From Candidatus Poribacteria bacterium (GTDB lineage: Bacteria; Poribacteria; WGA-4E; WGA-3G): a DNA stretch of 64,000 nt. Position 1 is the first letter of the stretch; the number at the start of each line of letters is the position of its first letter. The translations under genes and the position numbers were made by a program. The stretch lies in assembly GCA_965205015.1 (NCBI GenBank), contig OZ242029.1, forward strand, positions 2,112,001 to 2,176,000. Reading direction: 5' to 3'. Positions 8,578 to 17,248 of this stretch are shown here, in pieces. Under the pieces are notes generated by a model, which saw only the letters and a program-made list of their open reading frames with translations, ran no database searches and was not told where the DNA came from.

Positions 8578-9201
8578 GTGCAGCACTACATCGAAACTGA
8601 AGGTGATACAGTGGAGGAAGCAATTGAACGCGCCCTTACGGAACTTGAGGCAACTCGCGATCAGGTCACCATTGACATCGTCAGTGAACCTACGAAAGGG
8701 ATTTTGAACTTCGGTGCTAAACCCGCGAAGATTCGCGCAACGCTCAAACAGGATGTCTCTTCCGCACCGGAGACAATCTTAAAGGAAATGCTTAACCGGA
8801 TGGGAATCGACGCAGAGGTTGAATCGAATTTTGTTGACGGAAGCACACACCTCAATATCGTCGCCGACAGTCCCGCCCTGCTCATCGGGAAACACGGACA
8901 AACCCTCGATGCAATCGAACGTTTGCTTAATTGTATCGTCAACAAAGCCTCGCTTGTAAAAAGACGCGTTTTCGTCAACACAGAGGGGTATCGAGAACGC
9001 CGAGAAGAACGACTCGTTGAAATGGCACACCAAGTCGCTGAAAAGGTCAAGTATACTGACCGGGAAGTCGTCCTCGCACCGATGTCCGCACGCGATCGCC
9101 GTATCATTCATGTTACCTTAAAGGGAGACGAGATCGTGTCTACCTACAGCCAAGGCGAAGGTGAAATGCGACGCGTCGTCGTCACAACGCAACAACCTTA
9201 A
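8578..9201 (+). CDS. jag: RNA-binding protein Jag/KhpB/EloR (Jag_N-KH-R3H)
   Basis: GDTVEEAI, LLIGKHGQTLDAI (KH), PMSARDRRIIH (R3H); GTG start with GGAGG. Confidence 0.93.
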   Translation: MQHYIETEGDTVEEAIERALTELEATRDQVTIDIVSEPTKGILNFGAKPAKIRATLKQDVSSAPETILKEMLNRMGIDAEVESNFVDGSTHLNIVADSPALLIGKHGQTLDAIERLLNCIVNKASLVKRRVFVNTEGYRERREERLVEMAHQVAEKVKYTDREVVLAPMSARDRRIIHVTLKGDEIVSTYSQGEGEMRRVVVTTQQP

Positions 9202-9276
9202 AAGGGTTGTCAGTTGTTGGTTAAGAGGCTTTCGTTTAACAAACGCCTCTTGTAACCGATAACCGATAACTATTTT

Positions 9277-10665
9277 ATGAATTTCCACGATACAATTGCA
9301 GCCATCGCAACAGCACGCGGTGAAGCCGGCATCGGCATCGTCCGAGTGAGTGGTGACCTTGCCCTACCGATTGCCACTGAATTGTTCCGATCACCGCGCG
9401 GTGTGTCTCCCACAGAACTGTCAACGCATACCCTTACATACGGGCACGTCATAGATACAAACGCATCCGATGAAGTTATCGACGAAGTGCTACTCGGTAT
9501 TATGCACGCACCCAACACATATACCGGTGAGGACATCGTCGAATTTAACTGCCACGGCGGAATCGTAACACTCACGGCGGTGTTGGACTTGGTGCTGAAG
9601 AGCGGAGCACGGGTCGCCGAACCCGGAGAATTTACAAAACGTGCTTTCCTCAACGGAAAACTGGATTTAGCACAAGCGGAAGCAGTCGCCGAACTCATCG
9701 CCTCAAAAACAGAGCTCAGCCGAAAGATCGCTATAGACACACTCGCTGGAAAACTCTCTGATACTGTAAATTCCCTCAGCGATCGACTTGCTGACTTGCT
9801 CGCAGAAATTGAAGCTTCCATCGACTTCCCCGAGGAAGATCTGGATTTCATGAAGGTGGAAACGCAACTTGAAGCGGCGCATGCTGTTCAGAACGACTTA
9901 ACGACACTGCTTGACACTGCCGACGAGGGGAGAATTATCACAGAAGGGGTCAAGGTCGCTATACTCGGAAAACCGAACGTCGGAAAATCGAGTCTGCTCA
10001 ATGCGCTCGTCGGTACGACACGTGCAATCGTTACAGACATACCCGGTACAACGCGCGATACAATTGAAGAAACGATTAATGTTAACGGTATCCCGTTGAA
10101 ACTTATTGATACCGCCGGGATTCGACAGACAGATGATTTTGTAGAACAACAGGGTGTTCAACGGAGCAAAGCGGTGATTGACAGTGCAGAGCTGCTGCTC
10201 TTGATGTTCGATGCTTCGCAATCTCTGAACAACGCGGATCTCGAACTCTTACAGACAGCGCACTCCACCGCGGCAATTCTTATTCTCAACAAGGTGGATC
10301 TACCAGTTGTGACACCGCCAACGACATTACTTATGCACTCTCCTAAAAAGCGGATTGTCGAGACAGCGATTCCTGAGGGCAAAGGACTTGATGCACTAAA
10401 GTCTATGATCTGTGAGGAATTGATTGGAGGGGAATTAGGCGTCGGTGAATCGCCGATTCTGACAAACGCTCGCCACCAAGAAGCGCTCCGACGCGCAAGC
10501 GAGGGACTCAATTATGCGATAGAGAGCCTCGAAAATGGTATGCCTCCTGATCTCGTCGCCGTCGATCTGCGAATTAGTTTGGACGGTCTCGGAGATATCG
10601 TCGGTAAAACGACAACTGAAGATATTTTGGATAGGATCTTCTCTCAGTTCTGCGTCGGAAAATAA
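9277..10665 (+). CDS. mnmE: tRNA modification GTPase MnmE
   Basis: DTIAAIAT, GKPNVGKSS, PGTTRD, DTAG, NKVD, terminal FSQFCVGK. Confidence 0.97.
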   Translation: MNFHDTIAAIATARGEAGIGIVRVSGDLALPIATELFRSPRGVSPTELSTHTLTYGHVIDTNASDEVIDEVLLGIMHAPNTYTGEDIVEFNCHGGIVTLTAVLDLVLKSGARVAEPGEFTKRAFLNGKLDLAQAEAVAELIASKTELSRKIAIDTLAGKLSDTVNSLSDRLADLLAEIEASIDFPEEDLDFMKVETQLEAAHAVQNDLTTLLDTADEGRIITEGVKVAILGKPNVGKSSLLNALVGTTRAIVTDIPGTTRDTIEETINVNGIPLKLIDTAGIRQTDDFVEQQGVQRSKAVIDSAELLLLMFDASQSLNNADLELLQTAHSTAAILILNKVDLPVVTPPTTLLMHSPKKRIVETAIPEGKGLDALKSMICEELIGGELGVGESPILTNARHQEALRRASEGLNYAIESLENGMPPDLVAVDLRISLDGLGDIVGKTTTEDILDRIFSQFCVGK

Positions 10666-10759
10666 AAAAGTGAGAACTTTTATCGTGATTGGGTGTGTCT
10701 ATTTCCTGCAGGCGAGCAGTGGGAATCATTCTGGACACAACATCACAAAGGAGTGAGTC

Positions 10760-10960
10760 ATGTTGGGAGCAAAACAACAGTGGTGCCCGCGATGCCAAAG
10801 ACACGTACAAACAGAGCAGAAGCAATCCTACATCGGCAGACAGAAAGAGCTCGTCAGAATTGTTATTACCTGTTTCAAGTGTCGGACAACACTGTCGAGT
10901 AAAACAACCAGCGCAGCCGCGCTTGAGCAGAGCGGAGAAGCGGTACCAACGCAACAGTAG
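10760..10960 (+). CDS. Small zinc-ribbon-like protein
   Basis: AAGGAG SD; CPRC...CFKC pair in 66 aa. Confidence 0.6.
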   Translation: MLGAKQQWCPRCQRHVQTEQKQSYIGRQKELVRIVITCFKCRTTLSSKTTSAAALEQSGEAVPTQQ

Positions 10961-11042
10961 TGCCAATGTGCAATAATACTGCTCAAATGAATGAAATCGT
11001 AAGTAAAATTAAGGCGTTATTAAACAAAAAAGGAGAAGACTA

Positions 11043-11957
11043 ATGTTTAATTCTGTTTTCCGCCGCGTATCACTCGGGGTTCTGCTCCTGATGGTCGGCA
11101 CAGTTCCCGCGCTCATCGCGAGCGAGGAAGTTAAATGGGAAAAGACCCTTGAGGACAGCATGGCGAAAGCCGAGAAGACCGGCAAACCGATGATGATGGA
11201 TTTCTATACCGATTGGTGAGGGTTCTGTAAGCGGCTGGATGCCGAAACGTTTACGGATGCACGCATTATCGAGCTCTCTGAAAAGTTTGTCCCCGTCAAG
11301 GTAAATCCCGAAGATAAGAATTATCCACTCAATGAAGAGACGCGAAGTCGCTACGGGGTCACTGGTTACCCAGCAGTCCTGTTCGTCAGTCCAGATGGAG
11401 GGCTCATTGAAAAGGCTTCAGGATTTCTCACGCCGGAACAGTTTTCACCGATTATGAAAAATGCTTTGGCTAAAGAGGAAACCTTTTCGAAGAAACTTGA
11501 TGCACTGAAGAAGAAACCGGACGATGCCAAACTCAACGCGCAGGTCGCGCTTACCTACATCGAACGGAATCAGCTTGAAAAAGCAGGCGCCTTCAGTGAA
11601 AAAGCATTTGAGCAGGATCCGAAAAACCGCACCAAACTCATTCCCGACCTGCACAACCAATTGGGACTCGCTTACGGCGTACTGCTTGAGCAAGCTATGC
11701 CTGAAAACACCGAAGAGGCGGAGGCGTACTTTGAAAAGGCTGTCTCTCACTTCAAAACCGTCATAGATGTCTACCCGAAAAGCAAGGCACATGAACCCGC
11801 CCAATACTATCTCGGTGTGACATACGCCATCAAACGGAATTTTGAAGAGGGGATCGCCGTGCTTGAGAAGTTATCCCGCCATGCAAAGGACGAGAACATC
11901 AGGCAGGACGCCGAGGCGATGCTGGAATGGGTCAAAGATCGGGCGAGTTCCAACTAA
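11043..11957 (+). CDS. Exported thioredoxin-fold plus TPR protein, probable selenoprotein (UGA-Sec at codon 59)
   Basis: AGGAG SD, ATG 11043, signal peptide, then GKPMMMDFYTDW-TGA(11217)-GFCKRL and YGVTGYP (cis-Pro). The frame continues into the track's TPR ORF 11454-11957. Confidence 0.85.
11224..11257 (+). promoter_or_regulatory. Candidate bacterial SECIS hairpin
   Basis: TCTGTAAGCG pairs with CGTTTACGGA (10 bp, 2 G-U), with an apical GC-TGGAT-GC loop starting about 17 nt after the UGA. Confidence 0.6.
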
Positions 11958-11966
11958 CAATCTCTG

Positions 11967-11993
11967 GTAGGTGCGGTTCTAAACCGTACCTAC
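11967..11993. repeat. GTAG-REP-like palindrome between convergent genes (could act as a terminator)
   Basis: GTAGGTGCGGTT-CTA-AACCGTACCTAC, overlapping the stop codon of the pseudouridine synthase. Confidence 0.6.
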
Positions 11994-12700
11994 ACCACCA
12001 ACGCCGAGACCTCCTCTGCAGTTAGAAGTCTATACGCTCCAGGCGGCAGATTCCCTAACCACAAATTACCAATTCGGATCCGCTTCAAACGGATTACCGG
12101 GTGTCCCACGGCTTTAAACATTAAACGTACCTGCCGTTTCTTGCCTTCGTGAATCACGACCTCAAATTTCGTTGACGTGCCGTCCTTACTGACTCTTAAA
12201 CGCTTGACTTGCGCCGGTGCCGTTGTTCCGCTCGGAATCGTAACACCCTGACGCAACCGTTGAACCGATGCGTCCCGCGGCACACCCTTCACCCACGCGA
12301 GATAACTTTTCTCTACTTCGTGACTCGGATGGAGCAGCCGATATGCAAAGTTTCCATCGTTTGTAAAGAGAAGGAGTCCTTCGGTCTCCAAGTCCAAGCG
12401 TCCAACAGGATAGATGGTATCGGGCAGGTCTGCGACGAGATCCATGACGGTAGGTCGTCCGCGTTCATCGCGGCGCGTCGTTAAGCATCCTGCGGGTTTG
12501 TTAAGCATCAGGTAGGTGTGTTCTGCTAACGGTTCAACCCGTTTTCCCTCAAATTCAACAACATCGATTTCCACATCAATCGGGTGTCCCGGAACCAAAA
12601 TGGGTTCGCCGTTGACGGTGACAGCCCCATCTCGGATGCTCTTTTTCACCGACCGACGCGAGGCGATTCCTGAAGTAGCAATATACTTTTCAAGTCTCAT
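11990..12700 (-). CDS. rRNA pseudouridine synthase, RsuA/RluB family (S4 plus catalytic domain)
   Basis: MRLEKYIA...SRR, LNKPAG, PVGRLDLETEGLLL, EGKKRQVR. ATG 12700 overlaps the upstream stop (ATGA). Confidence 0.92.
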   Translation of the reverse strand: MRLEKYIATSGIASRRSVKKSIRDGAVTVNGEPILVPGHPIDVEIDVVEFEGKRVEPLAEHTYLMLNKPAGCLTTRRDERGRPTVMDLVADLPDTIYPVGRLDLETEGLLLFTNDGNFAYRLLHPSHEVEKSYLAWVKGVPRDASVQRLRQGVTIPSGTTAPAQVKRLRVSKDGTSTKFEVVIHEGKKRQVRLMFKAVGHPVIRLKRIRIGNLWLGNLPPGAYRLLTAEEVSALVV

Positions 12701-13338
12701 TGTTCTATGTGCCAACCCTTTTCCGTCGCGATGCGCCTCAGCTGCTTATCCGGATTGACAGCAACCGGATACCCGAACAACGCCAGTTTATGTGCATCCG
12801 TGTGATGATTTCCGTATGCATAGGAAGCACTCAGGTCAAACCCATATTCAGTTGCGAGTTGCTGAGCGAGTTTCGCTTTATTTTCCGCAAAAGGGTGCAG
12901 TCCGATGCGTTGTCCTGTAAATTTTCCATCGACCACTTCCAATTCGTGAGCGACCATCATATCGGTTTGAAAATGATCATGAAATGGTTGAACCAGGAAC
13001 GACAACGAACCCGACATGAGAATAACTGTTCGTCCTTCACTGCGATGGGCATGGATCAACTCAGAAATGTGGGGCGCGATACTCGCACGCAATCGGTCAA
13101 CAAAACAGTGGTGGGCAATCTTATGGATGTGATTCTCTGCTAAACCGCGGAGATAGATTTTGTTAGATTTTGCCACTGGTAAGGACTTAACCTTCAGAAA
13201 ATTGGCGGTCCACGCAAGTAAATTCGATATGGGGATCTCGCCTTGGTTCAACAGATACGTCAAAAAAATCTGCTCTGAGGAGAGACGGATGATCGTGCCA
13301 TCTAAGTCGAAAATGGCACATGTTTTAGGTTCTGTCAT
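12697..13338 (-). CDS. HAD-IB family hydrolase (SerB-like)
   Basis: FDLDGT, ILMSGS, K, YAYGNHHTD, AVNPD. Confidence 0.88.
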   Translation of the reverse strand: MTEPKTCAIFDLDGTIIRLSSEQIFLTYLLNQGEIPISNLLAWTANFLKVKSLPVAKSNKIYLRGLAENHIHKIAHHCFVDRLRASIAPHISELIHAHRSEGRTVILMSGSLSFLVQPFHDHFQTDMMVAHELEVVDGKFTGQRIGLHPFAENKAKLAQQLATEYGFDLSASYAYGNHHTDAHKLALFGYPVAVNPDKQLRRIATEKGWHIEQ

Positions 13339-14087
13339 GTTGTCTGTTGTCCTAACGCACGTCGATAGGCTTTCACAGCGGCTTCCATCCCGATATAAAG
13401 CGCATCCGCCATGAGATGGTGGCCGATGGAGACTTCAAGGAGCCCCGGTAATTTCTGCATCAACGGGAGGTTTTCAAGATTCAGATCGTGTCCAGCGTTG
13501 ACGCCAAGCCCTAAATCTGCTGCTTTCATCGCCGCAGTTTCCAATAGGGCAAATTCATGTTCAATTTCCGAATCTGTCTGTGCCATCGCGTAGGGCGCGG
13601 TATAAAGCTCAATTCGGTCCGCCCCGATGTCGCGTGTCCTTGCTATCTGGTCCACGTCGGTTCCACTAAATAGACTCACACGGATATCCGCATTTTTCAA
13701 CGCTTCGATGATCGGTTTCAACAGATCACCATCTTTACGGATATCCCAGACGGTGTGGCTTGTTATTTCACCTACGACAACCGGAACGAGCGTGCATTGT
13801 GTCGGTTTTGTCCGTAGCACCCTATCAATGAGGTCGGGTCTCGGATCGCCTTCGATGTTGTATTCAATATTGGGTGTTTTTTGGGTATTGATTTCTATTA
13901 ACCGGTCAGCGATGTCCTGTACATCTGTTGGGGTGATATGACGCTGATCCTCGCGCGGGTGCACAGTAATGCCCTGCGCACCAGCGGCGACGCAGGTATC
14001 GACAGCCGTGAGAACATCAGGAATATCACCACCTCGGGAGTTTCGTAATGTTGCGATCTTGTTGACATTTACACTTAACGCTATCAT
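13335..14087 (-). CDS. pdxJ: Pyridoxine 5'-phosphate synthase
   Basis: LSVNVNKIATLRNSRG, GITVHPREDQRHI, VNAGHDL, EVSIGH. Confidence 0.96.
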   Translation of the reverse strand: MIALSVNVNKIATLRNSRGGDIPDVLTAVDTCVAAGAQGITVHPREDQRHITPTDVQDIADRLIEINTQKTPNIEYNIEGDPRPDLIDRVLRTKPTQCTLVPVVVGEITSHTVWDIRKDGDLLKPIIEALKNADIRVSLFSGTDVDQIARTRDIGADRIELYTAPYAMAQTDSEIEHEFALLETAAMKAADLGLGVNAGHDLNLENLPLMQKLPGLLEVSIGHHLMADALYIGMEAAVKAYRRALGQQTT

Positions 14088-14117
14088 TTTTTCTCCATAA
14101 AGGGTTACGCGAATTTC

Positions 14118-14723
14118 TCACACTTTTTGAGCGACCATGTTCGTGAGGATACCGAGAATTTTGTCACATTGCGCGATTTGATAGATTGTCAAGTCAACAT
14201 GCAGGCACTTTTCCGCTAATTTAAGGAATAGCCAGTCTGTGCCGGAAGTGACAGCACCATAAATGCAAGGAATGTTGTTTCCTTTTTCTGCGTTAAAGCG
14301 TTGAGCGGCGAGCATCTCAGCGACGCATTGTCCGAGCCCGCCGATCAAATCTTCTTTCTTTGCTTCGACAAGAACAATGACGGGAGCATCTAAGACAATT
14401 TGTCCTGGCGACAAACTGACCAAAAAATCACACACGCCTATCAAGTCATTTTCGGCATCAACATTGAAGTCTATCCCGGAAAAGAGACTAATTCGATCTT
14501 CTGAAATTTCGCGGAGTTCAAATAGCACGTCGGAGACAATCAGCTCCGAACGGGCTTTCTCTGTCCCGATGGCAGTTGCTAACGGCACTTTTTTTGCGAG
14601 TTCCGTTGTGAAATACGGGCGCGGTGTTACAGGTTCGCTTTCAGAAAATAGACCGACCGATTCAATCTTCTCCAGTTGAAAGGTTGATAGTACTTCCGCT
14701 AATGTAAAGTTGCTATAAGCCAT
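14118..14723 (-). CDS. Hypothetical protein with a PD-(D/E)XK-like nuclease motif
   Basis: GVCDFLV...LVEAKK...GLGQC...GAVTSGTDWLF. Confidence 0.6.
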   Translation of the reverse strand: MAYSNFTLAEVLSTFQLEKIESVGLFSESEPVTPRPYFTTELAKKVPLATAIGTEKARSELIVSDVLFELREISEDRISLFSGIDFNVDAENDLIGVCDFLVSLSPGQIVLDAPVIVLVEAKKEDLIGGLGQCVAEMLAAQRFNAEKGNNIPCIYGAVTSGTDWLFLKLAEKCLHVDLTIYQIAQCDKILGILTNMVAQKV

Positions 14724-14788
14724 TTGGATCCCTCCTTTCGCGAATCGCAGCGTGATTGTTCAAAAAAAACGCGATCCATCCATGCCTT

Positions 14789-16210
14789 TTACGGAAAAAT
14801 GCCCAGTTGCATATAGGATTTCGCAATTCTATGAATAGCATTGATATACGCCGCCGTCCGATAATCCACGGCACTGTTTTCGCTGATGTGCTGCATCCGG
14901 GTTTCACGTATCTCCTGATAGGCGTTTATCATCGTATCCTGAAGACCGGAGTTCACCAAATCTTCCTCATCTGCACCATGCATGAGTTCACGTTCATCGT
15001 CTGAAAATGTATAACCCGTCGCCTTCTCAACAGCACGACGCATCACGTGTTGCGTTTGGTCCTCAAACCGTTTGCCGAGCCTCCCAAATTGGACATGCGA
15101 CAGATTCCGAAGCCACTCGAAATAGGAAACGGTGACACCCCCGGCGTTGAGGAACGTGTCCGGTATAATCATGATATCCCGTTTTTGGAAAATTTCATCA
15201 GCAGCGGGGGTTGTGGGTCCGTTCGCAGCTTCAGCGATAATGGCCGCTTTGATTCGGGGCGCGTTTTCTATTGTGAGTTGATTCTCAAGTGCCGCGGGGA
15301 TCAGAATATCACAGGCTAATTCCAGACCATCGGTCGGATTCTCAATGCGCTCAGCACCCGGATACTCGCGGATGGATCCGGTTTCCGCACGATGCATGGC
15401 AACTTTTTCGACATCAAATCCGCGCGGATCATAGATACCCCCATTTCGCTCGATAATCCCAATGACGCGTGCATCCGCCTCCATCAGAAACTTCGCAGCA
15501 TGATAACCGACATTACCAAACCCTTGGACAATGATACTTTTTCCGTGTAAACCCGGGGATAGTCCAAGTCGTTTCATATCCTCTGCGAAACTACAGGCTT
15601 CTTGTAAACCGAAGGCGACCCCGCGTCCTGTAGCGCCTTTCCGCCCGTGAATCCCATTTTGTTCGATCGGCTTGCCTGTTACACACGCAATGGCATTGAG
15701 CTTATCAGGTGCCATTGTGATATACGTATCCAAGATCCACGTCATTTCGGTTTCACTGGTCCCAAAATCAGGTGCCGGCACGTCTACGCCCGGTCCAATG
15801 TAATTCTTCTGGATCAGTTCATACGTATAACGACGCGTAATGCGCTCCAATTCACTTTCTGAATATTCGCGTCTATCGAGTTGAATGCCCCCCTTAGCAC
15901 CACCGAACGGTACATCAACAAGCGCGCACTTGTAGGTCATGAGTGCCGCAAGTGCCATTATCTCGTCCTCGTTCACGAGCGTACTGTAACGGATGCCTCC
16001 TTTTGTCGGAAGACTGTGATGGCTATGCTCCGCGCGCCAGCCATGAAGGGTTTGGATGGTTCCATCGTCCCGTTTTATTGGAAATGTGAAATGGCAGGAG
16101 TTATTACATATCTTTATCTGCTCCAAAAGTCCGCGCGGATAGTCGGTGAACCGAGCCGCTTTGTCAAAATCCTTGTTCACTTTCTGAAAAAACGAGAAAC
16201 TTTCTGTCAT
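14789..16210 (-). CDS. gdhA: Glutamate dehydrogenase (Glu/Leu/Phe/Val dehydrogenase family)
   Basis: PTKGGIRY, VPFGGAKGG, DVPAPD, QGFGNVG, EAANGP, NAGGVTVSYFEW. Confidence 0.93.
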   Translation of the reverse strand: MTESFSFFQKVNKDFDKAARFTDYPRGLLEQIKICNNSCHFTFPIKRDDGTIQTLHGWRAEHSHHSLPTKGGIRYSTLVNEDEIMALAALMTYKCALVDVPFGGAKGGIQLDRREYSESELERITRRYTYELIQKNYIGPGVDVPAPDFGTSETEMTWILDTYITMAPDKLNAIACVTGKPIEQNGIHGRKGATGRGVAFGLQEACSFAEDMKRLGLSPGLHGKSIIVQGFGNVGYHAAKFLMEADARVIGIIERNGGIYDPRGFDVEKVAMHRAETGSIREYPGAERIENPTDGLELACDILIPAALENQLTIENAPRIKAAIIAEAANGPTTPAADEIFQKRDIMIIPDTFLNAGGVTVSYFEWLRNLSHVQFGRLGKRFEDQTQHVMRRAVEKATGYTFSDDERELMHGADEEDLVNSGLQDTMINAYQEIRETRMQHISENSAVDYRTAAYINAIHRIAKSYMQLGIFP

Positions 16211-16316
16211 GATATTTAACCTGAATGTAGGAACGGGCGAGGTACAAAGACCTCGCCCTGTAATAATTTAGGCTAACAATAGGAGCGTCTAAAAACTTTG
16301 CCTTGGAAGGCCAGAT

Positions 16317-17177
16317 CTAACGGTGGCGAATGAATTTTTGAAGGCGGGCATCCGCCTGAACTTCGCCGACGTATATATCGCCGTGCGAATCCAACCAAAT
16401 ACCGTGCGGACATGCCATAAATTCACCGGGGACGCTGCTGCCGCGTTCACTGCCCCATTGGGAGACAACCTCACCCTCCAACGTCATGATTGTGATACGT
16501 TGGTCCAGTTCAGCAATATAGACGAGTTCCTCTTCGTCGATGTAGATTGTGTCTGGATGCGCCAAACCACCCCATTCCTCGATGTATTCGCCGTCAAGGG
16601 TGAAAAATTGGATGCGATTGTTTTCCCTGTCAGCGACCATGAGTCTATTGCGCGGATCGACCCTGACACAATGCGGGAGGTCAAACTCACTCGGACCTGT
16701 ACCCGGCTGTCCCCACGATTTAATCAACTCACCCTCGGGCGAGTATTTGTGGACGCGGGCGTTGCCGTAACCGTCGGTGATGTACATTTCACCCTCGGGT
16801 CCGATTGCCAAATCCGTTGGCTTATTGAAGGGTTCACCCTCCGCACCGGGGACATCCGGCGTGCCGAGCGTCATCAGCAGTTCACCATCCGTAGAGAACT
16901 TCCGCATCACGTGCGTGTCCCGTTCTGTACAATAAATATTGTCATCGGCATCGATGAAAATCCCGTGAGCATCCTTGAGAATGTCATCTCCCCAAGAATC
17001 AAGGAAGTTGCCGTCCCGATCGAAGACGACCATCGGATGTTCGCTGCGACTGTAAACATAGACGCTGTCCTGTGAATCAACAGCAACAGCGGGGACCCAA
17101 CCAAATTCCCAACCCTCTGGAAGTGTCCACCAATCTTCTTGCACAGTATATTGATGTGTACCTTGTCCATAAACCAT
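16317..17177 (-). CDS. NHL-repeat protein (peptidyl-alpha-hydroxyglycine lyase-like)
   Basis: HGIFID, FNKPTDLAI, DGYGNARVHKY, FDLPH, ADRENNRIQ. Confidence 0.85.
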   Translation of the reverse strand: MVYGQGTHQYTVQEDWWTLPEGWEFGWVPAVAVDSQDSVYVYSRSEHPMVVFDRDGNFLDSWGDDILKDAHGIFIDADDNIYCTERDTHVMRKFSTDGELLMTLGTPDVPGAEGEPFNKPTDLAIGPEGEMYITDGYGNARVHKYSPEGELIKSWGQPGTGPSEFDLPHCVRVDPRNRLMVADRENNRIQFFTLDGEYIEEWGGLAHPDTIYIDEEELVYIAELDQRITIMTLEGEVVSQWGSERGSSVPGEFMACPHGIWLDSHGDIYVGEVQADARLQKFIRHR

Positions 17178-17248
17178 AAATTTTCTCCCTACTCCAAAAT
17201 GAATTGGTGTCTAATTTAGCAGGTTCATCGCGATTTCTCAAGAAAAAT

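Noticed and set aside
11454-11957. Stand-alone 167-aa TPR gene, with a pseudogene upstream
   Set aside because: It is in frame with ATG 11043 through a single TGA at the catalytic Cys position, which is better explained as Sec read-through.
16323-17075. 250-aa plus-strand ORF
   Set aside because: Antisense to the well-supported NHL-repeat gene.
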